64,000 nucleotides of DNA, from sequence record MN871447.1, one strand, 5' to 3'. The stretch's first letter is position 1. Each line of letters starts with the position of its first letter. Position numbers and translations under genes: made by a program. The notes under the pieces are model-generated. The model did not search any database and had not been told where the DNA came from. It saw only the letters and a program-made list of their open reading frames with translations. Positions 9,443 through 16,430 of this stretch are shown here, piece by piece.

Positions 9443-9556
9443 AGCCCGATTATTTGAATGTCTCACGACAAGCAAAGTCGTATTATTGCCACGCTGATTT
9501 CTCAGACGAAGCTACCGCGCTGGCATCGCGATTCGGTTAACAGGTGGTGCTGTTTA
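9443..9556 (-). ncRNA. Candidate small structured RNA
   Basis: Lies between TTTATG (9557-9562) and a GAAA hairpin (9417-9442). Contains hairpins AACAG/CTGTT, CTGA-GAAA-TCAG and ACGAC/GTCGT. No ORF seen. Confidence 0.35.
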
Positions 9557-9587
9557 CATAAAAATAGATCACTGATGTTAATTTAAA

Positions 9588-9740
9588 TTAGCTGCCCAGT
9601 TTATCGCTAACTTTGTCTTTCACTTCGTTAAATTTTTCCGCTACTTTGTCCAGCGCCGGATCCATTTTAGCTTTGTGTTTACGATAAACAAAGATCGCAA
9701 TAATTGCAACTACTACTACACCGAGAATAGTACCGATCAT
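9588..9740 (-). CDS. 50-aa single-pass membrane protein (absent from the ORF track)
   Basis: MIGTILGVVVVAIIAIFVYRKHKAKMDPALDKVAEKFNEVKDKVSDKLGS; GAAGG RBS; TTATGAAC upstream. Confidence 0.7.
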   Translation of the reverse strand: MIGTILGVVVVAIIAIFVYRKHKAKMDPALDKVAEKFNEVKDKVSDKLGS

Positions 9741-9777
9741 CTTTTTGCGCCTTCAATTAATGAAAAGAAAATGTATG

Positions 9778-9785
9778 GTTCATAA
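9778..9785 (-). promoter_or_regulatory. Putative late promoter TTATGAAC (TATG core)
   Basis: Same 8-mer recurs in intergenic DNA at 11642, 13925, 16466 and 26887. TATG is the known phiKZ late promoter core. Confidence 0.5.
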
Positions 9786-9964
9786 AATTAACAGCATAAA
9801 GAGAGGGTCTTTCGACCCTCTCTCGTACTGACTAATAGTCAAAAGAATCTCAGTGTTTAGCTCATAAATGACTTATCGCACATCATCCTTTTCATGTTAA
9901 GGTCGCCACCGAAACATGTTTATTCTCGGCTATACGAGTTAGCTTAATTTCCAGATTTTTAATA

Positions 9965-10497
9965 CCCGATCCCTTCTACGTTGGAGAAATGGATCGAATA
10001 GGGTGACGCCCCCGGACATTTTTGCCGGCTCCTTGCACCTCTTTCGCCGGAATCCCCGGCTGAGGTCTATGGTCTATGGCCGCCTATTTTCGCTCTAAGG
10101 CGTAGGCCGCCGATAATGACAGGCGTCATAATTAGTACCCCTCGGCCGATTCCGCGGCGCGTTTAACCGGCGGGTCGCCGAAGTCTTTGTCTCACGAGAG
10201 TTACCAATAAGTTATTGCTTATTGGACAAATCATTCGGATACGATTCCGAACTCCCTTCCTACCGAGCCTCTACTACCGAGCAGGAGTCGAACCTGCACT
10301 CTCTGTAAACAATATCACTTGACTAGAGCAGTATTGTAAAGGTTACGTGGACTTTAAAAGTGTAGAATGGGTATCAGTTAATTTGTTGCGGCCGCATACC
10401 GGTAACTGACTTCTTCTACTAGCGCCACCACTGACTCCGGTGTCTCGCCTAGTGGCGTTGTGCGACCCATTAACTCGCACTCTCTCTTTTAAGTCCA
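9965..10497 (-). ncRNA. Large structured non-coding region with a lone T-arm
   Basis: No ORF of 60 aa or more. 12-bp helix 10348-10360/10486-10497 encloses three hairpins. T-arm GCAGG-TTCGACT-CCTGC at 10281-10297. GC-rich hairpins at 9965-10200. Confidence 0.5.
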
Positions 10498-10501
10498 ACT
10501 T

Positions 10502-10609
10502 TGGTTGATAGGTACCGAATCGAACGGCTATCTCAGGCTCCCATGTTAAGGCGCCCCTCGTATGAGAGGGGGCCTAATGCCCGCGCTTTACCTTTAAGCT
10601 AGCCTATCA
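10502..10609 (-). ncRNA. tRNA-like gene with a 40-nt anticodon loop containing a hairpin (TGG/Pro-like if trimmed)
   Basis: Acceptor TGATAGG/CCTATCA plus A-CCA; D arm; anticodon stem CGGGC/GCCTG; T loop TTCGATT. Confidence 0.7.
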
Positions 10610-10734
10610 TTGAATAGGTTCCCTAGCACTCAATGAGTATCATCTACACCAGCAGCGCCCGGTGTTTAGCCGAGATGCAATTATGCTTCAATGGGTCGTA
10701 TTTAACGGCTCATTTATTCGTCGATGATTTACGT

Positions 10735-10833
10735 AGGGATAACCAGGCGACATCCCCCTCAGCACGCCGAGGTCAACTTTTGCCTTAGGCCAAGATTAAC
10801 TCTCCGCAACATTAAGTCGCCTGGTTAACCCCT
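10735..10833 (-). ncRNA. Structured element: long helix enclosing internal hairpins
   Basis: Perfect 12-bp inverted repeat TAACCAGGCGAC (10740-10751)/GTCGCCTGGTTA (10816-10827), extended by AGGG/CCCT. Confidence 0.45.
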
Positions 10834-10862
10834 GCCTTTAGTCTAAGTAAGATGTCATTATT

Positions 10863-10952
10863 TGGCAGAGAGTGAGAGATTCGAACTCTCGGTACCCTTT
10901 CGGATACATTCCCTTAGCAGGGGAACGACTTAAACCACTCATCCAACTCTCT
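10863..10952 (-). tRNA. tRNA-Ser: tRNA-Ser(GCT)
   Basis: Full cloverleaf, long variable arm, loop CT-GCT-AA, G73, encoded CCA. Confidence 0.95.
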
Positions 10953-10961
10953 ATTAAAATG

Positions 10962-11035
10962 CGACTCTTCCAGGACTTGAACCTGGGACCTACAGCTTAA
11001 CAGGCTGCCGTTCTAACCAACTGAACTAAAGAGTC
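10962..11035 (-). tRNA. tRNA-Asn: tRNA-Asn(GTT), CCA not encoded
   Basis: GACTCTT/AAGAGTC acceptor, loop CT-GTT-AA. Confidence 0.93.
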
Positions 11036-11041
11036 ATTATT

Positions 11042-11116
11042 TGGCGGTGCTACGGAGAATCGAACTCCGGTCTCCTCCGTGACAGGGAGGTATCCTTTCC
11101 GCTAGACGATAGCACC
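11042..11116 (-). tRNA. tRNA-Asp: tRNA-Asp(GTC)
   Basis: GGTGCTA/TAGCACC acceptor, loop CT-GTC-AC, G73-CCA. Confidence 0.95.
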
Positions 11117-11124
11117 TTTTTGTT

Positions 11125-11226
11125 TGGTTGTTCCCTTCCGGATTTGAACCGGCAACCTCCTGCTAAGCAGTGGGCGGCGCAGTGGCCGCCGGTGCAGGCG
11201 CTCTACCTAGTTGAGCTACGAGAACA
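11125..11226 (-). ncRNA. tRNA-like gene with a 30-nt anticodon loop containing a GC hairpin
   Basis: Canonical D arm GCTC/GAGC; anticodon stem CCTGC/GCAGG; variable AGGTT; T loop TTCAAAT; encoded CCA; inserted GGCGGC/GCCGCC hairpin. Confidence 0.75.
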
Positions 11227-11233
11227 TTGTATC

Positions 11234-11309
11234 TGGAGCAAGCAGCGAGGTTCGAACTCGCGACCTATGACTTGGAAGGACATCGCTCTACCAACTGAGC
11301 TATGCTTGC
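11234..11309 (-). tRNA. tRNA-Gly: tRNA-Gly(TCC)
   Basis: Cloverleaf, loop CT-TCC-AA, U73-CCA, one U-U mismatch in the anticodon stem. Confidence 0.93.
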
Positions 11310-11314
11310 GCTAA

Positions 11315-11389
11315 TGGCAGAAGCGCCTAGATTCGAACTAGGGGTACCGAGATCAAAGCCCGGGGCCTTAACCGCTTGGCTACGCTTCT
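11315..11389 (-). tRNA. tRNA-Gln: tRNA-Gln(TTG)
   Basis: Cloverleaf, loop CT-TTG-AT, G73-CCA. Confidence 0.93.
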
Positions 11390-11396
11390 ATAAAAC

Positions 11397-11480
11397 TGGT
11401 GGGGAAGGGTAGATTCGAACTACCGAAGCCGAAGCAGCAGATTTACAGTCTGACCCATTTGACCACTCTGGAACTTCCCC
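11397..11480 (-). tRNA. tRNA-Tyr: tRNA-Tyr(GTA)
   Basis: Cloverleaf with long variable region, loop CT-GTA-AA, A73-CCA. Confidence 0.95.
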
Positions 11481-11641
11481 TGAATTTGGGACCCGATTAT
11501 TTCAGCGCTGCATTCTTTACTCTCGGGCCAAGGAGCACTATTAGTTTCTTCTCAGGGCGTATGGTTTCCCTCTGAGACTTGCGCAATATTTGAACAGGTT
11601 GATTGTTGTCTTAACATTCCGGAGAGAAAGTTACAATCTTT

Positions 11642-11649
11642 GTTCATAA
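11642..11649 (-). promoter_or_regulatory. Putative late promoter TTATGAAC upstream of the first tRNA block
   Basis: Recurrent intergenic 8-mer, about 160 nt upstream of tRNA-Tyr. Confidence 0.45.
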
Positions 11650-11677
11650 GATATTGAATTACTTAAATTTTGATTAC

Positions 11678-12019
11678 CTACCGGAATTTCCCTACAGATA
11701 ACCAGATATCAGCAACCAAAAGAATTTGTCCGCCATATTGGGTAACGGTATTCCAACCGTTGCGTTTAGCGGCCGCATTGATCAGCGATAAAAATTGGTC
11801 TTTCCAGTGGCCCTGGTAAATCTGAGAGTGATGTATTATCCGTGTATTATTCGAACTCTCAATCTTATTAAGTTCTTCTGTTCCCCTGATCATATCGAAA
11901 ACGTCTTTCGACTTAATCAAATAAGCCGGATCGTTAATCGTTCGATCAGAGGCTAAAGGAAGACGATAAGAAATATGATCAATGTCTTCTTGACTGTGTG
12001 CAAATGTTACGTCATTCAT
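11678..12019 (-). CDS. Hypothetical protein inside the tRNA cluster
   Basis: 113-aa ORF with AAGG RBS. Confidence 0.65.
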   Translation of the reverse strand: MNDVTFAHSQEDIDHISYRLPLASDRTINDPAYLIKSKDVFDMIRGTEELNKIESSNNTRIIHHSQIYQGHWKDQFLSLINAAAKRNGWNTVTQYGGQILLVADIWLSVGKFR

Positions 12020-12098
12020 TTTACTTTTACCTTATACAAGTTAGTGGTCTAAACCGAAATAGGAAGACCAACAAAAACTGTGGGTGAATATAATGAAG

Positions 12099-12173
12099 TG
12101 TCCTCTACTGGATTCGAACCAGTGACCTACGGCTTAGAAGGCCGTTGCTGCTATCCTGCTGAGCTAAGAGGAC
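12099..12173 (-). tRNA. tRNA-Arg: tRNA-Arg(TCT); extra C in the D stem, CCA not encoded
   Basis: GTCCTCT/AGAGGAC acceptor, loop CT-TCT-AA; D-stem 3' strand reads GCAGC rather than GAGC. Confidence 0.88.
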
Positions 12174-12178
12174 GTAGA

Positions 12179-12263
12179 TGGTGCCCGGGGCGGGGTTCGA
12201 ACCCGCACGCGATTAAGCGAGGGATTTTAAATCCCTTGTGTCTGCCGATTTCACCACCCGGGC
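12179..12263 (-). tRNA. tRNA-Leu: tRNA-Leu(TAA)
   Basis: Type II cloverleaf, loop TT-TAA-AA, A73-CCA; resembles enterobacterial leuZ (recalled). Confidence 0.95.
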
Positions 12264-12268
12264 AAATA

Positions 12269-12344
12269 TGGTGGGTCCAGCAGGTTTTGAACCTGCGACC
12301 AAGCGATTATGAGTCGCCTGCTCTAACCACTGAGCTATGGACCC
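12269..12344 (-). tRNA. tRNA-Ile2: tRNA-Ile2(CAT), or Met(CAT)
   Basis: Anticodon arm GGCGA-CTCATAA-TCGCT and D arm match enterobacterial ileX as recalled. Confidence 0.85.
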
Positions 12345-12395
12345 GAAAACGATGTTTTATTAAGAGCACATAAATGTACCCTTTGTAAAATACCG

Positions 12396-12560
12396 TCAGC
12401 TCGATTGTTTCTTTTTCTTTCTGAAAGCAAGCTGCACATAAACGGCAATTGCACCAGCGAGAATAATAAGCAGGACAATATCAATCAATACACCTGCCAT
12501 TCGAAACAACACCAAAAAGATGACGGCCAGTAATATTAACCAGCCGATCTTTTTCAGCAT
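12396..12560 (-). CDS. 54-aa two-TM membrane protein (absent from the ORF track)
   Basis: MLKKIGWLILLAVIFLVLFRMAGVLIDIVLLIILAGAIAVYVQLAFRKKKKQSS; starts 3 nt after the TAXI stop. Confidence 0.7.
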   Translation of the reverse strand: MLKKIGWLILLAVIFLVLFRMAGVLIDIVLLIILAGAIAVYVQLAFRKKKKQSS

Positions 12561-12563
12561 AAC

Positions 12564-13421
12564 TTATTTTCCTGACGCTGTACCCTGAACGCGCGCAGAG
12601 TTCTTCAGAAGAATTGTAGAGGCATCTTCAAGGAACTGGTCGCTGTCACCTGAGGTATTCGCTACCACCAGGGTTTTAGTGCAAGGGACTTTTACGGTCG
12701 AATTGAAAATGATACCCGAATCGGTTGTTGCTTTTTCGATCGTGTACACCGCTTTACCGTTCGGCAGTTTTGCATCAGCATTCCAGGAGTTGAAATCAAT
12801 GATCTCTAGTCCCGAGTCTTTTTGCATGACTGCGTCCAGGAATTTATTATTCCGGTCGGGTGCAGAAACCCAAAGGAACGCGTCGTATTCGCCAGTATTC
12901 ACTTTAGCCAAAGAACGGATACCGCCTTTGGCATACGTTTCAACTTTCGCGTAGTTTTTCTCCAATGTCTGGAGATACTGCCACGAAGCGTAAGATCCAG
13001 AGGTAGGTTCACCCACAGCGATTTTAGTGCCTTCTTTTAGATCACCTTTACCGGTGACCTTACCGTCTTTCTTGACGGCGACAAAGACGCACTCACTGGC
13101 CAGTTCGCCAATGATATCAACGTTCTGTGCTTCGTTGGCATGACGCGAACGCCAGAACTGATAGGCATCAGCTTGGGTAAACCCGATAGTGGCTTCTCCA
13201 GAGGCTACACGATCAAGGTTATCGAGCGAGCCTTTAGAAGGGACAACCGAAGTCTGGTAACCGTACTCGCTCAGAGCACTGGCTAAGTTTACGCCATAAA
13301 CGGCGTTATAAGTTAAACCTTGTTGACCGGTGGTAATAACAATTTTGCCATCGGCCGCGGATACGCCAGCACTCATGCAAAGTAACGCTACCGAAATCAC
13401 GGCAAAAGCAAGTTTCTTCAT
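12564..13421 (-). CDS. TAXI-family TRAP solute-binding protein
   Basis: Signal peptide MKKLAFAVISVALLCMSAGVSA; motifs TGQQGLTY, SKGSLDNL, GFTQAD, GEPTSGSY; start moved to 13421 from RBS spacing. Confidence 0.8.
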   Translation of the reverse strand: MKKLAFAVISVALLCMSAGVSAADGKIVITTGQQGLTYNAVYGVNLASALSEYGYQTSVVPSKGSLDNLDRVASGEATIGFTQADAYQFWRSRHANEAQNVDIIGELASECVFVAVKKDGKVTGKGDLKEGTKIAVGEPTSGSYASWQYLQTLEKNYAKVETYAKGGIRSLAKVNTGEYDAFLWVSAPDRNNKFLDAVMQKDSGLEIIDFNSWNADAKLPNGKAVYTIEKATTDSGIIFNSTVKVPCTKTLVVANTSGDSDQFLEDASTILLKNSARVQGTASGK

Positions 13422-13932
13422 TTGCATTCCCTTTAAGGAAAGTATGGGTGTCAAGCGGCATAACCGCCACAGTGAATTTGAGGGGCTGACAAGTTGGCCC
13501 AACATGTGCATTAATCATGTCACGGAATAAAGAGGCGCCTTTGTTTCGTGCTACCTGTAAGGGTTTAAGATTAAGTTAGTTGCAAGTCAGCCCCTCAAAA
13601 GGGGCGATGACATCTACAAACTTTCAGCTTTCCTATCTTTGGATTCCGGGCCACAGTAGGAGTAAGTTGAATTATGCCGATTTAAGGTCAGCCTTATCTG
13701 TAGATATCATCTATTGTAAAAAGACAGGCGCCTGAATTAGCTAGGCGTCTGCGTCGGTGAAGAAGTGTCGTCGTCTCTCCATTCATGGAAAGAACCTTGA
13801 AAAGGAATCACCTGTTTATCTTACCAGCCAGCCCGCATTGAGATAAAAGAGTTGTTGTGATTCCCTTGGCGTTCATTCGCAACGACAGGGGGTTTACTAC
13901 CGTGAAAAGGAACCTGAAGGTTGGGTTCATAA
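13422..13932 (-). promoter_or_regulatory. Long structured leader of the TAXI gene with mutually exclusive pairings
   Basis: TTATGAAC at 13925-13932. 14-bp inverted repeat 13477-13490/13586-13599 competes with a local hairpin at 13586-13611. Confidence 0.45.
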
Positions 13933-13956
13933 ATGACTGAGCAGAGTATTTTTTGA

Positions 13957-14112
13957 TCAATTCGAGTCTTCAGGTAAAGGAGTTTGCTGGAAATCATCCG
14001 AGCCGCAATTTTTACAGAGTAGCGGTTTATCTTGCAGTTTAAATTCCTTTAACTGCTTATCTGTTGGGGAGGTCAAGCAATTTTTGCATTCGTATTCGTG
14101 ATGCTTTTTCAT
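13957..14112 (-). CDS. Small zinc-ribbon protein
   Basis: YECKNC...LLCKNCGS; start set at MKKHH after a GGAGG RBS. Confidence 0.7.
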   Translation of the reverse strand: MKKHHEYECKNCLTSPTDKQLKEFKLQDKPLLCKNCGSDDFQQTPLPEDSN

Positions 14113-14135
14113 AACCTGTCCCTCCTTGAAGGGAA

Positions 14136-15023
14136 TTAAATAAAGTTCCACTCTGCCCATTCTGGTCGTTTAGAATAGCAACGGGCGTAAACTTCTCTCG
14201 GTTGAATAGATTCTCCCTGAGAGCATTTGAAAGCGTTTTGGTACTCTTTCTTACCTACTTTCACTCTTCGCTTGTAATCAGGGTTATTCGGATTTTTACT
14301 TTTTGGTTTCTGACGAGACTCGGCGAATTTATCACGCCAAACTGGTTTGGTTTTTCTTTCCTGTCCGTAGTCGTCGCTATGATCTTCAGTAACCGTAGGG
14401 TAACCTTGACGAGTGTCTTTCCACCACATAGAGAAACCTTTTGAAACTGCCCAGCATTTCTCATGGTCATTCACTAACAAGAATCGTGACGCCAGTAAAT
14501 TGACAGGGGTAGCATCAAAAGCGTTCTGAAGGACTTTGCTACTGTGAATACCCAGGCGAAGAAATTCTTCTGTTTGTACTACTGCGTGCCTTGGCATTCG
14601 ACTGACTTCACTATAGTACACCGCGGAGTCTTTCGGATGGTAAACTACAACGCCCTCTATCGTCTTATCATTAACGTCGGGAATCTTCAATCCGTTAATA
14701 ATAGTCCAATCCGGGAAATGTTTAGGGTCACGATTTGCAAAGTGTAACCAAACCGTGTCGTCTTTCCATTCTGCTTTTTGTAACCCGTAACCCATCCGAA
14801 CCTTAAAGAATTCCTCTTCGTGCTCTTTGAGAAAGCGTTCGTAGAGATCTTTGAAGATAGGGATCAATTCTACCGGTTTACGTGAAACAAATTGTTGCAC
14901 CGACCATTCCAATAGGCAATGGGAGAGAATCATCCAATCGCTATTCTCATTAGCCAGTGTAGTCATTGATTTACGGAGCCTATGGCTCAACGTCAAAATA
15001 ATGACAACGGTTGAGTTATCCAT
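14136..15023 (-). CDS. Hypothetical protein with basic C-terminal region
   Basis: 295-aa ORF; true start may be MTTLAN. Confidence 0.7.
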   Translation of the reverse strand: MDNSTVVIILTLSHRLRKSMTTLANENSDWMILSHCLLEWSVQQFVSRKPVELIPIFKDLYERFLKEHEEEFFKVRMGYGLQKAEWKDDTVWLHFANRDPKHFPDWTIINGLKIPDVNDKTIEGVVVYHPKDSAVYYSEVSRMPRHAVVQTEEFLRLGIHSSKVLQNAFDATPVNLLASRFLLVNDHEKCWAVSKGFSMWWKDTRQGYPTVTEDHSDDYGQERKTKPVWRDKFAESRQKPKSKNPNNPDYKRRVKVGKKEYQNAFKCSQGESIQPREVYARCYSKRPEWAEWNFI

Positions 15024-15082
15024 AAATTCCTCAATTAAAAAGTGTCTTCTACATTAAAACAGTTTACCGTAAAAAAGCATAG

Positions 15083-15110
15083 GAGAGAGGAGGGAATTCC
15101 CTCCTCTCTC
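15083..15110. terminator. Perfect palindromic hairpin closing the ncRNA region
   Basis: GAGAGAGGAGGG-AATT-CCCTCCTCTCTC, followed on the minus strand by TATG. Confidence 0.7.
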
Positions 15111-15276
15111 GAATAATTTATTTATCAAAAAGTGATCTCTTTGAAAAAGAAACTTTTGTGGTAAGAAGGGCGGAGGTAAGGATATAACCATCCCCAACAC
15201 CGCCCATAGCCATTCAGCTATAAACAGAATTTAGCGCGACCTATCTAAGAATAAGATTGGAAGTTTTATTTTATAA

Positions 15277-15371
15277 TCTAGTGCTCTACCGGCTGAGCTA
15301 TCTGCCTCCAAGAAACACTCTGTGAATGTGTCCAGGTAGGCAGAGCGGAATTCGAATCCGCGACCTCTAGA
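15277..15371 (-). ncRNA. Circularly permuted tRNA-like module B
   Basis: TCTAG-AGGTC-GCGGA(TTCGAAT)TCCGC-TCTGCCT-[30-nt linker]-AGGCAGA-TA-GCTC(AGCCGGTA)GAGC-A-CTAGA. Confidence 0.85.
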
Positions 15372-15468
15372 ATTCTTTCCGTAAAAGAAAGAAAGTTCAG
15401 TCCGCTATTTTACTGTTTACTCTTTATCTTTAAGCGTGTGAGGCGATAAGATAAAGTTAACACTAACC

Positions 15469-15589
15469 ATCCGGGTCGCATTATGGGTGCATTGATGACT
15501 GCGTCTACCAATTCCGCCATTCTCCCATAGTTTGGTGGGAGAAGAAAGAGTCGAACTTCCAGTGGGGTCATCACACCTGCAACACGGAC
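15469..15589 (-). ncRNA. Circularly permuted tRNA-like module A on a long interrupted helix
   Basis: GATGAC-CCCACT-GGAAG(TTCGACT)CTTTC-TTCTCCC-[ACCAAACTAT]-GGGAGAA-TG-GCG(GAATTGGTAGA)CGC-A-GTCATC, extended by GGTGT/GCACC, GTTGCA/TGCGAC and GTCCG/CGGAT. Confidence 0.85.
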
Positions 15590-15662
15590 TAACAATAAAG
15601 ATAAGGTTGGCCTCAATCTTTATTATCAATGGGCACTCGTGAGAATACCCATTACTAACACA

Positions 15663-16430
15663 TTAAGCAGTGAAGTTTTTCAGAATCACGTTGGTCAGCA
15701 CTTCGCCGATAGAACCCTGAACAACTTCGGTGCAGTTTGCACGCATACGTGCATTAGTGACTTCAACGATCAGTTCGTCGATATCACGCAGTGCGTTGGC
15801 TTTCTGCATCGGGGTGCAGGCGCCGGAATAGCTTTTACGGGTGAAGCTACCGATTACGACGGTGCTTTCCGATTCTTTCACCTGTGCAGGGTGGTGGTCG
15901 GTAGCCGGCGCCAGGATAACCGGAGTGAGCACTTTCTCGGTTTTCGTCGTGACTTCGTCCGTCACGGTACGGAATCCGTAGGTGCTGTTGCTATCGCGTT
16001 CCCATTGTTTGGACGAATCCAGAGTAGGGGCCGCGGCGATCAGTTTGCGCAGTTCCGCCAGGCGTTTTTCCAGGCCCAGGAGTTCATCTACCGGCACTCC
16101 AGAAACGAGGACTTCGCCTTTGAACATGATGTCTGCTTTTGCGACCTGGTTAGTCAGGGCTTTTTGCAGGCGAAGGTCTTCTGCGGTGGCGAAATATTCG
16201 AAGAGGTACTGCAGCGTTTCGGCTACAGTGGTGATCACTGCCTTGCTGGTACTTTCGCTTTTTTCGATCGCGGCGTTGGCGTCGTTGTCTTCGTGAAGTT
16301 TCAGGGTTTTATCAAACCCGCTGAAATATTCAGCCGATTTATTGAATTTTTTACTGGCGTCTTCGATCAGGACTTGCACTTGTTTGGTGCGAGTGGGTTC
16401 TGCTGCCAATACTTCGTGTAACTTAGCCAT
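15663..16430 (-). CDS. Uncharacterised 255-aa helical/coiled-coil protein with a beta-rich insert, linked to the permuted tRNA-like RNAs
   Basis: AAGGA RBS; TATG promoter motif; codon use by eye resembles the chimallin and PhuZ genes. Confidence 0.85.
   Translation of the reverse strand: MAKLHEVLAAEPTRTKQVQVLIEDASKKFNKSAEYFSGFDKTLKLHEDNDANAAIEKSESTSKAVITTVAETLQYLFEYFATAEDLRLQKALTNQVAKADIMFKGEVLVSGVPVDELLGLEKRLAELRKLIAAAPTLDSSKQWERDSNSTYGFRTVTDEVTTKTEKVLTPVILAPATDHHPAQVKESESTVVIGSFTRKSYSGACTPMQKANALRDIDELIVEVTNARMRANCTEVVQGSIGEVLTNVILKNFTA

Noticed and set aside
9480-9520. Hammerhead ribozyme
   Set aside because: CTGAGAAA lacks the CUGANGA core and the required three-helix arrangement
10261-10497. 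tmRNA hypothesis for the T-arm plus pseudoknot region
   Set aside because: No complementary acceptor 5' strand, no CCA, no G-U alanine pair and no convincing tag reading frame
10539-11193. Archaeal bulge-helix-bulge introns in the two tRNA-like genes
   Set aside because: Junctions are asymmetric 3 by 9-10 nt loops, not 3-4-3 motifs, and no splicing endonuclease is seen
11487-11530. Extra tRNA (GGCCCGA/TCGGGTC followed by CCA)
   Set aside because: Only an acceptor-like helix; no D, anticodon or T arm
15277-15572. Permuted modules as remnants of ordinary tandem tRNA genes
   Set aside because: Each would need a precise loss of both outer halves twice. The outer ends pair (CTAGA/TCTAG and a long helix), which fits a permuted design better. 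Not fully excluded.
15639-16421. 260-aa plus-strand ORF
   Set aside because: Antisense shadow of the codon-biased 255-aa gene; no RBS and no recognisable motifs
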